Shown: positions 1 to 9,539 of the stretch, piece by piece
Position numbering within the stretch: position 1 is the first letter of the stretch
Layout: each line of letters opens with the position of its first letter
Virus record (IMG/VR): IMGVR_UViG_3300035698_019895
Span: 22,491 to 86,490 of that record
Length of the DNA stretch: 64,000 nucleotides
Source of the DNA: a virus
Direction: 5' to 3' (one strand)
Notes under the pieces: model-generated
What the model was told of the DNA's origin: nothing
Seen by the model: the letters and a program-made list of their open reading frames with translations, nothing else
Databases searched by the model: none
Program-made: the position numbers and the translations under genes

Positions 1-2
1 GA

Positions 3-218
3 ATAACTATAGCATCTGATGGTCTATCTACTTTCTTCTGTCCATCAACAGGAATTAAAACAAAAGAATCAGATGTTGCTACTTCTATGACTTCTTTTAA
101 AACTTTAAAAGGTGAATTTTTAAAAAGAAGAGTATTAAAAGCTGTTCAAGATTATGCCAAAAGAGATATCTACCACATGGATGATATAGCTTTGGCTTCA
201 TTTAATTTGAGATATTAA
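3..218 (+). CDS. PP2C-family protein phosphatase, C-terminal part (truncated by window start)
   Basis: Not in ORF track; frame 3 reads ITIASDGLSTF...DIYHMDDIALASFNLRY* with the PP2C SDG and DD metal motifs; stop TAA at 216-218, 1 nt before kinase ATG. Confidence 0.8.
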   Translation: MTIASDGLSTFFCPSTGIKTKESDVATSMTSFKTLKGEFLKRRVLKAVQDYAKRDIYHMDDIALASFNLRY

Positions 219-219
219 T

Positions 220-1905
220 ATGAGAGTATATATTCAAGGAAGACAAAAAAGAGAAGAAAATCTTACTGATAGAGATTATATTACTGAAGGTGGAGAAGGT
301 AGAATTTACGGTAAGCATGGAATAATATATAAACTATATTTTGACCCTAAAAAAGTTATTCCAAAAGCCAAAATAGATGAATTAAAAAAGATAGATAGAC
401 CAAATATATTATGTCCTCAAGATATAATTCTTAATAAAAAATTAGCACCTATAGGGACTACGATGAAATGGATAAAAAATGTTGAACCTATCTGTAAATT
501 GTTTAGTAATGATTTTAAAAGCAGACTCAATATTAAACCAAACAATATAGTTATGTTAGTAGAAAGATTAGCAAAAGATATTAAATTTATTCATGATAAC
601 AATTGTTTAATTGTAGATGGAAATGAAATGAATTATTTAGTAGATAATAAAACATTTTTAACACCTTACTTTATAGATGTAGATAGTTATCAAACTTCTC
701 ATTTTCCGGCTACAGCTATAAGTCCGGCTATAAAAGATTATCATAGCAAAAGGTTTTCTAATTTAAGTGATTGGTTTTCATTTGCGATAATAGCTACTCA
801 ACTATTTATTGGGATTCATCCATACAAAGGAACTCATCCAAAATATAAAAAATATGAGTTAGAAAAACGTATGAGAGATAATGTTTCTATATTTAATTCT
901 AAAGTTAAATTACCAGCATCTGTTAAAGATTTTAGTTATATACCAAAAAATTATATAGATTGGTTTATAAAACTCTTTGAAAAAGGGATAAGAACCATAT
1001 CTCCATCAGTTGCTGGACAAGTAATTGTAAGTATGAAAGTGAAAACAATAAAAAGCACTAACTTGTTTACTATTCAGTTAATAAGAGAAGTAGATGATGA
1101 TATTATAGATTATAATTCTGAAGTAATATTTACAAAAGATAAAGCATATTTAAATAAATTAGAAATTCCTTGTACTGCTAACACTAATGTTTTATTTACA
1201 AAACAATCTTTAACACCATTTTTTATTGACATTAAAGATAACAAGTTGGAGCTGAAGAAGTCTAATGAAGAATCAATACCTTGTAATATACACGCAACGA
1301 ATAAAACTTTTATAAATGATATGCTGTTTATTTTGATGAATGATTTGCTTTGTGAAGTAGATGTTGAAGAAATGAATTCTAAATTTATTCCAGTAATAAA
1401 ATCCACATGGAATGTGTTACCTAATTCTACAAAGATTTTTAATGGTATAGTTTATCAAGATGTTTTAGGAATGCCTTGTTTAGTAATTCCTTATAAATTA
1501 GATAATGGAAAAACAGCTTGTAGAATTCAAATGGTGAATGAATTAAAGAGATATAAGATATTAGAAGCAAAGCATGATAATCAAGTTGTTATGATTATAG
1601 GATATAAGAGTAATAAATATACGAGATTTATATTTAAATTTGATAATGATTATAAAACATATAATTGTAGGAAGGAGGAAGATGAAAGATATCATATTCC
1701 AAATTTTGTAACATTAAGTAATAACATTGTAGTATGTATTACTCCAGATGATACAATAGAAATTTTTAACAAAAGATTGGATAAGAATGATATCAAAAAA
1801 GTAGTGGATAAAGACATTAATTTCGATATGAAACTTTGTAGAAAAGGAATTGATGTTTTGTTTAGACAGAATAAAAAGTTATTTAAAATTGGTATGAATA
1901 AATAA
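220..1905 (+). CDS. Ser/Thr protein kinase-like protein (TerY-associated type) with C-terminal extension
   Basis: Gly loop EGGEGRIY, VAIK-like IYKLY, catalytic loop VDGNEMNYL, FIDVDSYQ, DWFSFA; between PP2C and vWA genes. Confidence 0.85.
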   Translation: MRVYIQGRQKREENLTDRDYITEGGEGRIYGKHGIIYKLYFDPKKVIPKAKIDELKKIDRPNILCPQDIILNKKLAPIGTTMKWIKNVEPICKLFSNDFKSRLNIKPNNIVMLVERLAKDIKFIHDNNCLIVDGNEMNYLVDNKTFLTPYFIDVDSYQTSHFPATAISPAIKDYHSKRFSNLSDWFSFAIIATQLFIGIHPYKGTHPKYKKYELEKRMRDNVSIFNSKVKLPASVKDFSYIPKNYIDWFIKLFEKGIRTISPSVAGQVIVSMKVKTIKSTNLFTIQLIREVDDDIIDYNSEVIFTKDKAYLNKLEIPCTANTNVLFTKQSLTPFFIDIKDNKLELKKSNEESIPCNIHATNKTFINDMLFILMNDLLCEVDVEEMNSKFIPVIKSTWNVLPNSTKIFNGIVYQDVLGMPCLVIPYKLDNGKTACRIQMVNELKRYKILEAKHDNQVVMIIGYKSNKYTRFIFKFDNDYKTYNCRKEEDERYHIPNFVTLSNNIVVCITPDDTIEIFNKRLDKNDIKKVVDKDINFDMKLCRKGIDVLFRQNKKLFKIGMNK

Positions 1906-1914
1906 GGAGGAAAA

Positions 1915-2721
1915 ATGGATAAGAAATTTAAAGTTCATTTGGTAATAATTGACCCACAGTATGACTTTTGTAACTCAAAAGGTGCTCTGTTTGTAGCAGG
2001 TGCTGATAAAGATATGGAAAATTTGGCGAATATGATAGATAGAATAGGTTCTAGACTTGATGATATTCATGTTACATTGGATAGCCATCATTTAGTAGAT
2101 ATTGCTCATCCAATTTTTTGGATAGATTCTACTGGGAAACATCCAGCTCCATTCACTATTATAACTGCAGATGATGTAACGTCTGGAAAATATACCACAA
2201 CTAATCCTGCATTTTTGTCCAGAGCAATTGATTATGTTAAAGAATTAGCTAAGAACAATCGTTATCCTTTATGTATATGGCCACCTCACTGTTTAATCGG
2301 GAGTAATGGGTATAAAATAGAAGAAATTCTATATAAATCATTGTCAACTTGGGAAGAAAAGAATTTTGCAATGATTAATTTAGTTACTAAAGGTTCAAAT
2401 TTTTGGACAGAACATTATAGTGCTGTAATGGCTGATGTTCCTGACCCTAGCGACCCTCATACTATGTTAAACACCTCGTTTATAAACACTCTGAAAGAAG
2501 CAGACATTGTTGCTTTGTCAGGTGAAGCTAAATCGCATTGTCTAGCAAATACAGTTAGAGATATTGCTAACAACTTTGGAGAAGAAAATATTTCCAAATT
2601 AGTATTGTTAGATGACTGTACTTCATCAGTTACTGGGTTTGAAAAATTAGGTGATGATTTTGTTTCTGAAATGACAAAAAGAGGATTAAAAGTTTCTAAT
2701 TCTAAAGATTTCTTAAAATAA
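1915..2721 (+). CDS. pncA: Nicotinamidase / isochorismatase-family cysteine hydrolase
   Basis: IIDPQYDFC, DSH, WPPHC, KG, GEAKSHC motifs; AGGAGG RBS. Confidence 0.8.
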   Translation: MDKKFKVHLVIIDPQYDFCNSKGALFVAGADKDMENLANMIDRIGSRLDDIHVTLDSHHLVDIAHPIFWIDSTGKHPAPFTIITADDVTSGKYTTTNPAFLSRAIDYVKELAKNNRYPLCIWPPHCLIGSNGYKIEEILYKSLSTWEEKNFAMINLVTKGSNFWTEHYSAVMADVPDPSDPHTMLNTSFINTLKEADIVALSGEAKSHCLANTVRDIANNFGEENISKLVLLDDCTSSVTGFEKLGDDFVSEMTKRGLKVSNSKDFLK

Positions 2722-2739
2722 TAATAGAGGAGGATTGTC

Positions 2740-3477
2740 ATGAAATTAATGAATGAAAATATGGAAAATTTATCTATCTTAGGTGGTAAGGGAGCCTTCA
2801 ATTTCTCTGCTACTAAAATAGAGGACCTAGGTTCTACAGAGTATACTCTAGTTACTATAACATTAGATAAATCCGGTAGCGTGTCTTCTTACAGCTCTGA
2901 ATTGTTGAAGGCTTTGAAATCAATAATTAACGCTTGTAAGAAAGCACCAAGAGCAGAAAATCTATTATTGAGAATAGTAGAATTTAACAGCAAACTTCAG
3001 GAAGTTCATGGATTTAAATTGCTTAGTACGATAAATGCTGATGATTATGATGAACCAAGTCCTGACGGAATGACAGCTCTTTTTGATTCTGTCTATGATA
3101 GTGTAGGAGCAACAGCTACTTATGCTAAGAAATTGACAGAACAAGATTTTGGAGTTAATGGTATTTGTTTTATTATCACTGATGGAGCTGACAATGTTTC
3201 TGTTTCTACTCCGAATATGGTTTTAGAAATGATTAAAAAAATTAAAGTTGGAGAAGAAATAGAATCTTTGATAACTGTATTAGTTGGTATTAACACATCT
3301 CAATGCAAAGATGAATTAGAAAACTTTAAGGACGAAGCAAAGCTTACTCAATTTGTAGATGTAGGGGAAGCTACTAGTGGCAAGTTAGCCAAATTAGCTG
3401 CTTTCGTTAGTCAATCAATTAGTTCTCAAAGTCAATCTTTAGGTTCTGGTGGACCAAGTCAACAGTTAAACTTTTAG
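2740..3477 (+). CDS. vWA-domain protein (TerY-like)
   Basis: MIDAS DKSGS, TALFD, ITDGADN. Confidence 0.85.
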   Translation: MKLMNENMENLSILGGKGAFNFSATKIEDLGSTEYTLVTITLDKSGSVSSYSSELLKALKSIINACKKAPRAENLLLRIVEFNSKLQEVHGFKLLSTINADDYDEPSPDGMTALFDSVYDSVGATATYAKKLTEQDFGVNGICFIITDGADNVSVSTPNMVLEMIKKIKVGEEIESLITVLVGINTSQCKDELENFKDEAKLTQFVDVGEATSGKLAKLAAFVSQSISSQSQSLGSGGPSQQLNF

Positions 3478-3498
3478 TTGCAAGAGAAGGATATCAAT

Positions 3499-4278
3499 AT
3501 GTTAAAAATAGATTGTAAAAAAGAGACGGATAAAATAGTAAAATTTATCCAAGATACTTTCAAAGAAAAAGGATTTGAAAAAGCTGTCATTGGTGTCTCT
3601 GGTGGGTTAGATAGTGCTGTTATAGTTGCTTTATTAGTAAAAGCATTAGGCAAAGATAATGTGTGTGGTTACTATATGCCAGTAGAAACTCCTAAAGATT
3701 TTACAGGTGATGCTTATGTTGTTACTGATAGATTTAAAATTCATATGGACACTTTTGGAATTAAATCATTTATTGAGATGTTCACAACTACTTTTCTTGA
3801 CCTAGCTGCTTACAAAATTAGAACAGGAAATATTATGGCTAGAACTAGAATGATGATTTTATATGATAGGTCTGCTTTTCATAAAGCTTTAGTAGTAGGA
3901 ACAAGCAACAAGACAGAATTAACTTTGGGATATTTTACATTATATGGAGACAGTGCTTGTGCTTTAGAACCAATAGGACATTTATATAAAACACAAGTGA
4001 AACAGTTAGCAGAATATCTAGAAGTTCCTAAAAAAATTATAGAAAAAGCTCCAAGTGCAGAATTGTGGGAAGGCCAAACAGATGAAAACGAATTAGGTAT
4101 GTCTTATGAAGAAATGGATAAAATACTTTTTATAATTATGTCTCCTCAATTTAGATATTGTGATATAGAAACAATAGATTTATTAGGATATAAAGAATTA
4201 AGAGAAAAAATAGAAACACTGATAGACAACAATAGATTTAAATCAGAATCATCTAGAATAATAAGAGAACAATTATGA
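3499..4278 (+). CDS. nadE: NH3-dependent NAD+ synthetase
   Basis: GVSGGLDS, GNIMARTRM, GTSNKTE..LGYFTLYGD, PSAELWEGQTDE; no glutaminase domain; start moved from TTG 3478 to ATG 3499 (GAAGGA upstream). Confidence 0.93.
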   Translation: MLKIDCKKETDKIVKFIQDTFKEKGFEKAVIGVSGGLDSAVIVALLVKALGKDNVCGYYMPVETPKDFTGDAYVVTDRFKIHMDTFGIKSFIEMFTTTFLDLAAYKIRTGNIMARTRMMILYDRSAFHKALVVGTSNKTELTLGYFTLYGDSACALEPIGHLYKTQVKQLAEYLEVPKKIIEKAPSAELWEGQTDENELGMSYEEMDKILFIIMSPQFRYCDIETIDLLGYKELREKIETLIDNNRFKSESSRIIREQL

Positions 4279-4475
4279 AAATAGGACAGAAAGTAAAAGC
4301 ATTATCACCTTGTGATGGAAAAAGTTCGATTCAATTTGAAATAGGAAAAGTAATTTATATAGGAAGGAGAGTATTAGTAGAATTTTTTAGTAATGTATGT
4401 GGACATAATGGAAATGGAATAGGTAAGAATAGATATTGTTGGATGATTGATTTTAACAAATTACAGGAGGTATGA
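4275..4475 (+). CDS. Small hypothetical protein
   Basis: ORF overlaps nadE stop (ATGA). Confidence 0.6.
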   Translation: MKIGQKVKALSPCDGKSSIQFEIGKVIYIGRRVLVEFFSNVCGHNGNGIGKNRYCWMIDFNKLQEV

Positions 4476-4476
4476 A

Positions 4477-4745
4477 ATGAGTAATAACTCAAGAGGATTG
4501 TTTGAAATAGTAGCTGTTAGTAAAGAAAGTGATGAAATAGTGTATGGAAAAAAATAGTAGCTGAAGGAGAAAAAGAAGCTCTTTTTGAAAGCGATTTAAA
4601 AGAACAGCTTAAAGCACAGGGTTTAAAGAAAGCAGATGTTTATATAATAGTTAAAGAATTCGGTGTATTGCCTGCTAAAGAGGATGTTAAAACAGTTAAG
4701 ATTATAGGACAAGTTGGTAAAACGCTTTTAGCTAAAGAGAAATAA
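4477..4745 (+). pseudogene. Frameshifted ~89 aa hypothetical ORF (or homopolymer error / -1 slippage gene)
   Basis: AGGAGG RBS, ATG 4477; GGA AAA AAA TAG stop after an A7 run, while the -1 frame stays open to TAA 4743-4745. Confidence 0.6.
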
Positions 4746-4764
4746 TAAAGATAAGGAGATTAAA

Positions 4765-5070
4765 ATGATTACAAATATGAAAAAAATGTGTGAAATGCGT
4801 TTGTTGGTTTCTGTAAAAGAATTAAGTTGGTTCAAAGAAAATTTTCCTAGCTTTAAATGGGAAGCAGGCGATACTACTATTAAATGGAATGCTAATGAAC
4901 CAGATGAAGTAGATATGGCTAAGAAAGCATTTGAAGCATATAAGAAAAAGCATCCAAAAGCAATGGCTTTTAAAGTTAAGAGAGATGATAAAAAAGATGC
5001 TCATGAGATTAAAGAATTCGACCCAAATGCAGAAATGATATTAATGCAAGATTGGATGCATAAAGGATAA
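4765..5070 (+). CDS. Small conserved-looking protein ending in Gly (possible ubiquitin-like modifier)
   Basis: AGGAG RBS; GDTTIKW..DEV..AK.AF...EFDPNAEMIL; C-terminus WMHKG*. Confidence 0.6.
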   Translation: MITNMKKMCEMRLLVSVKELSWFKENFPSFKWEAGDTTIKWNANEPDEVDMAKKAFEAYKKKHPKAMAFKVKRDDKKDAHEIKEFDPNAEMILMQDWMHKG

Positions 5071-5071
5071 A

Positions 5072-5953
5072 ATGCAGTTTAACAAATATAGAAGCCCTAG
5101 TAGTCTTATGGAGACTCTTACTCTCCAATATCATTTACCTAGTGGAGAAGAAAAAATTGTAGGGTTAGATATAAGTCAAAGATTGCGTGGTTCTCAAGAT
5201 ACAGATTATTTTCTTCATATCGAAGAAAGAGTTAGAGAAGAATTAAAAAGAAAAGCTGATAAGGATATTAGAGAACATATAAATGAGAGAATGGGAGAAA
5301 TGACTGCTATACAATATCAGAATCAATATTCGACTTTTGTTGAAGGAAATTTTGACTATAGTGCTAATAGTACTAGTACAACAATGACCGCTGATGCAAC
5401 TACCCCTATAACTTTTGGTCCATCACCACTACTCCATTGGATGGAGACTCCAAATACTAGAAAAATTATTATTAAGTTTGAAGATGGTCGTAGAACATTA
5501 GAAATTGAAAAAACTATTGATTCTGATGTTAGAATAACTCAAGAGGATATCAACAAAGCTAGAATTAAATGGTGGGGAAATGCTAGATTTCAAGTGTTAG
5601 AACGTAAAGCAGAGAGAAAAGCTGAAGATTTATTAAAAATGTTTATAGATGAAGTTGATTTTAGAAATTATAAAGAAAAAGGTTTCTTTATAGTTAAACA
5701 AGGGAACAGAATATTTAGGATATGGAAAGATAATCATAAACATATAGACATGTGGGAAAAACGAGGACAGCTTTTCCAACCGAAAAATAGATTGTGCGTT
5801 CATACTCCTACAAGAGAAGTTCCTTTAGCGGACGAAGTTCTAAGTAAGATATTACTGATACGTTCTGGTAATGTATTAGAAAAAAGTAATCATTGGAGTG
5901 CAGAAAGTTTAGAATCTATTAAAAACGAAGAAGAATTATTAGTTAAAGTATAG
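5072..5953 (+). CDS. Hypothetical protein with C-terminal LCVH...VPLAD domain
   Basis: 293 aa ORF starting 1 nt after upstream stop; its only Cys lies in RLCVHTP. Confidence 0.65.
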   Translation: MQFNKYRSPSSLMETLTLQYHLPSGEEKIVGLDISQRLRGSQDTDYFLHIEERVREELKRKADKDIREHINERMGEMTAIQYQNQYSTFVEGNFDYSANSTSTTMTADATTPITFGPSPLLHWMETPNTRKIIIKFEDGRRTLEIEKTIDSDVRITQEDINKARIKWWGNARFQVLERKAERKAEDLLKMFIDEVDFRNYKEKGFFIVKQGNRIFRIWKDNHKHIDMWEKRGQLFQPKNRLCVHTPTREVPLADEVLSKILLIRSGNVLEKSNHWSAESLESIKNEEELLVKV

Positions 5954-5964
5954 AAAGAAATAAT

Positions 5965-6351
5965 ATGTGGAAATTTATACAGCTTTTGTTTATGTTTATA
6001 GCAGGTCATAGTATAGCAGATACCGCTTTGCAACCTGATTCTATGGGTAGAGGTAAAAGCAGACTAAGGAAAATAGATATAAGTCGTGTTCCGCCAGGAC
6101 AAAAACCACTTAATCTATGGTTCATGTGGTTAAGTCATCATTCAATAATACATGGATTTATGGTTATGTTGTTAACTTTTATGTTTACACTGGATATATC
6201 GTTTGCAATTAATCTTGGAATGATAGAAACAGTATCTCATATGACTATAGATTTTTTTAAATGTGAAGGTAAATACAGTCCTTATGTTGACCAAACTTTA
6301 CATTATCTTGTCAAAGTAGGGTTAGCTCTTGCAATATTATGGAGATTATGA
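5965..6351 (+). CDS. DUF3307-like membrane protein
   Basis: GH..AD...Q, HS.IHG, H..ID..K, DQ.LH His motifs within hydrophobic helices. Confidence 0.75.
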   Translation: MWKFIQLLFMFIAGHSIADTALQPDSMGRGKSRLRKIDISRVPPGQKPLNLWFMWLSHHSIIHGFMVMLLTFMFTLDISFAINLGMIETVSHMTIDFFKCEGKYSPYVDQTLHYLVKVGLALAILWRL

Positions 6352-6483
6352 AGAAAAGTTTAGATAAAATTATTAAAAAACTAAAGAAACTTGTAAGAAC
6401 AGAACATAAACCAATGACAAAAGCTGAGGGATTTATAGCTATAACATATTATTTTTCTACTGGGAACATAAAGGAAATATAAA

Positions 6484-6756
6484 ATGCCATACATAAAACA
6501 AGAAAAAAGGAAAGTTTTAAATAAACACGCCAGATTAGAACTGATTGGAATGGAATGTGAGAACGAAGGAGATTTAAATTATGTTCTTACTATGATATGT
6601 AAAGGATATCTAAACAAGTACGGTTTAATTAGATATGCTCGTTTAAATACTATTGTTGGTGCTTTAGAGTGTTGTAAATTAGAATTTTATCGTAGAAAAG
6701 CAGTGCCATATGAAGATATGAAAATAAAAGAATCAGGTGGTGGAGATGTATATTAA
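6484..6756 (+). CDS. Conserved phage protein (DUF6899-like)
   Basis: MPYI, GDLNY, GALECCKLEFYRR, PYED.KI...GDVY. Confidence 0.65.
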   Translation: MPYIKQEKRKVLNKHARLELIGMECENEGDLNYVLTMICKGYLNKYGLIRYARLNTIVGALECCKLEFYRRKAVPYEDMKIKESGGGDVY

Positions 6757-6816
6757 TGAGAAAACCAAGAATCAGGGAGATGTAATAATTAGTTTTAAAA
6801 AACCCAAAACAACTAA

Positions 6817-7152
6817 ATGATTAAATCTGTAAACAAACTTTGGGGATATGAAGACAAGCTTATAAATACTGAACTTTATTGTGCTAAAATTCTAGGACTA
6901 AAACATGGTTATCAATGTTCTCTTCATTATCATAAGAAAAAAGACGAAACATTTTATTGTTTAGATGGTTGTATAAAATTAGAACTAGAAGATGAAGTAT
7001 TTACTTTAGCAAAAGGACAACAGGTGAGAATTAGACCTAAACAGAAGCATAGATTTACAGCAATAACTAATACAGCAAAAATATTAGAAGTAAGTACATA
7101 TCATTCTAATAAAGATAGTTGTCGTATTGAAAAATCAAAAGAAATAAAATGA
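6817..7152 (+). CDS. Cupin (sugar isomerase-like)
   Basis: KLWGYE, SLHYHKKKDETF, HRF, LEVST. Confidence 0.8.
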   Translation: MIKSVNKLWGYEDKLINTELYCAKILGLKHGYQCSLHYHKKKDETFYCLDGCIKLELEDEVFTLAKGQQVRIRPKQKHRFTAITNTAKILEVSTYHSNKDSCRIEKSKEIK

Positions 7153-8636
7153 AATCTATATATTTAATTAATCCAAAAATAGATTTTCCAACATATTTCG
7201 GTTCGGAAATATTAAAAGAATTAAATCTAGATTCAAAAGTACTTGTTTCTGATATAGTTACCCCAACTATAGCAGCATTTGTCCCAAAAGAATTTAATGT
7301 TCAAATTTGTGATGAACGAGTTACTCCGATTGATTTTAATACTAAATCAAAGTATATTGGTATTACAGGTAAAAATGCTCAATATAAACGCATGAAAGAA
7401 ATTGCTCAAAAATTTCAAACAAAGGGTAAGACAGTTATTATAGGTGGTCCCTTCGCATCACTTAGTCCAGAAGCTGTTCGTCCTTATTGTGATATTTTAG
7501 TAAAAGGAGAGATAGAGGAAATAGCAGATGAATTATTTTCAGATTTATTACGTGGAGAATGGAAACAAGAATATACTGGGACTCGTCCAAATCCAATAAA
7601 ATCTCCTATACCGAGATGGGATTTATATCCTAATCAAAGAGCAACCACAGGAATGATACAAATTTCAAGAGGATGTCCATTTGATTGTGATTTTTGCGAT
7701 TTAAAATTATATGCAGGTCGTGGACAAAGACATAAATTAATTGAAGATGTATTAGCAGAACTAGATGTAATATATAAACATGGATATCGTCATATCTTCA
7801 TAGCAGATGATAACTTAACAGCAAATCGTAAATATGTTAAAGAATTAATGCAAGCAATAAAAGAATGGAATGAAAAACTTCCATCAGGATATGTGGGATT
7901 TGTTGCTCAATTATCTTTAGATGCAGCCAATGACGAAGAATTAGTTAAAATATGTGCTGAAGCTGGACTTACACAAATATATATTGGAATTGAAACGTTA
8001 GAACAAAACAATTTAGCTAACATTAATAAGTCACAAATTATCAATATAAATATAAAAGAAAAAATATTATTATTTTTAAAATATGGTATTTCTGTTATGG
8101 TAGGTTTGATTAGTGGTTTTGATTTCGACAATTTAGATGTTTTTGAACAACAATATCAGTTTGCTATGTCATTACCAGTTCCAATTTTTCTTTTTCAAGC
8201 ATTAATAGCATATCCAAATACTCGTATTTTTAATACATTACAAGAACAAAATAGACTTGTTAATAATATATCTACTGAAGATTTGCCTTGGGAAACAAAT
8301 ATAATACCAAAACAAATGACAAGAAAAGAACTTACTACTGGGATACGAAGATTATTTGAGAGTATATATAGTCCAGAAATGTTCGGCAAACGTTTAACTG
8401 CTTTTATTGATATTTTAGGTGAAAATAAAAGCTTGACAAAAGTGGAAAAAGATGATAGAATGAAGGTATTAATGTTCTCTGTTATTAAATATATAAGAAA
8501 ATTAGGTAAAAAAGAGCAAGAATTATGTCAGACTATTATAAAATTAATTGTTCAAAAACCAAGAACAGGATATTATCTAATACCGATATTAATTCATTAT
8601 GCTCAAATCAGTTATATGTATAGAGAGGGAAAATAA
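7149..8636 (+). CDS. Cobalamin-binding radical SAM protein (class B methyltransferase-like)
   Basis: N-terminal B12 domain (DE, IGITG, IIGGPFAS, GE.E); SRGCPFDCDFC CxxxCxxC; ADDN; GIET. Confidence 0.88.
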   Translation: MKSIYLINPKIDFPTYFGSEILKELNLDSKVLVSDIVTPTIAAFVPKEFNVQICDERVTPIDFNTKSKYIGITGKNAQYKRMKEIAQKFQTKGKTVIIGGPFASLSPEAVRPYCDILVKGEIEEIADELFSDLLRGEWKQEYTGTRPNPIKSPIPRWDLYPNQRATTGMIQISRGCPFDCDFCDLKLYAGRGQRHKLIEDVLAELDVIYKHGYRHIFIADDNLTANRKYVKELMQAIKEWNEKLPSGYVGFVAQLSLDAANDEELVKICAEAGLTQIYIGIETLEQNNLANINKSQIININIKEKILLFLKYGISVMVGLISGFDFDNLDVFEQQYQFAMSLPVPIFLFQALIAYPNTRIFNTLQEQNRLVNNISTEDLPWETNIIPKQMTRKELTTGIRRLFESIYSPEMFGKRLTAFIDILGENKSLTKVEKDDRMKVLMFSVIKYIRKLGKKEQELCQTIIKLIVQKPRTGYYLIPILIHYAQISYMYREGK

Positions 8637-9187
8637 ATGTCATTATTAACATTAAAAAAGAAGATACAAGATTGGTGGGAAATACAAACAGTTATTAGAA
8701 AAGCTTTTAATTCAAAAGGATTTTTCATAACTGTAAGCCATAAAGTAAAAACAAAAGAGAATGAAACAGATTTAAATCATTTTTGGACGACAAGAGATTT
8801 TCCTACAAAATCTATTCTTCCCTCTTTACAATCAATATTTAATGATTTAGATAAAAAAGAGCTATTATTTAATGACTTATTAAAGTCAAACAAGGAGCGA
8901 CATAATGAATAAAGCAATAAATATACCAGACTTTACAATTAATCAATTAATATATATTGTTGACTTTGATGATTTTATCATAGAACGAGGAGTGATAGCT
9001 AAACGTTATTGTGATGAGGATGATAATTATTTGTATATACTTAAAAACGATAGATTCGAAGTAGAATATGAAGAAGAAAATATGTTTAAAACTTTTCAAA
9101 CAGCTAAAAATTATATGGAAGATATTGTAAAAGAAACTTTACAAGATGTTAGAAAATTAAGTCAAAAAGATATAAGAGAGATATAAA

Positions 9188-9538
9188 GTGGAATTAAAAC
9201 ATCAAGTAGTAAGTTTAGAGTTAAGTAAGCAGTTAAAAGAGGCAGGTTACAAGCAAGAGGGGATTTGGGAATGGATAAAATATAAAGATAAACCACTCCA
9301 GCTTTTAATAATAAAAAGAATAATGACTCAAGAGTTAAGAATTATAGATTTCCAATATGTCGCCCCTACAGTAGCAGAGTTAGGAGAAGCGTTGCCAAAG
9401 TGGAATAAGACTTGGAAAATATCTAAAAAGTCTTGGAAGGGAAGTAATATTGAGAATACATTTTATCGAAGTGCCGACACCGAAGCAGATTGTAGAGCAA
9501 AAATGTATCTACACTTAAATAAAAAAGGATTAATATAA
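9188..9538 (+). CDS. Phage hypothetical protein, paralog of 29947-30315
   Basis: Shared VVSLELSKQLKEAGY.QEG, APTVAELGEALP, ADTEA..RAKM blocks. Confidence 0.7.
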   Translation: MELKHQVVSLELSKQLKEAGYKQEGIWEWIKYKDKPLQLLIIKRIMTQELRIIDFQYVAPTVAELGEALPKWNKTWKISKKSWKGSNIENTFYRSADTEADCRAKMYLHLNKKGLI

Positions 9539-9539
9539 A

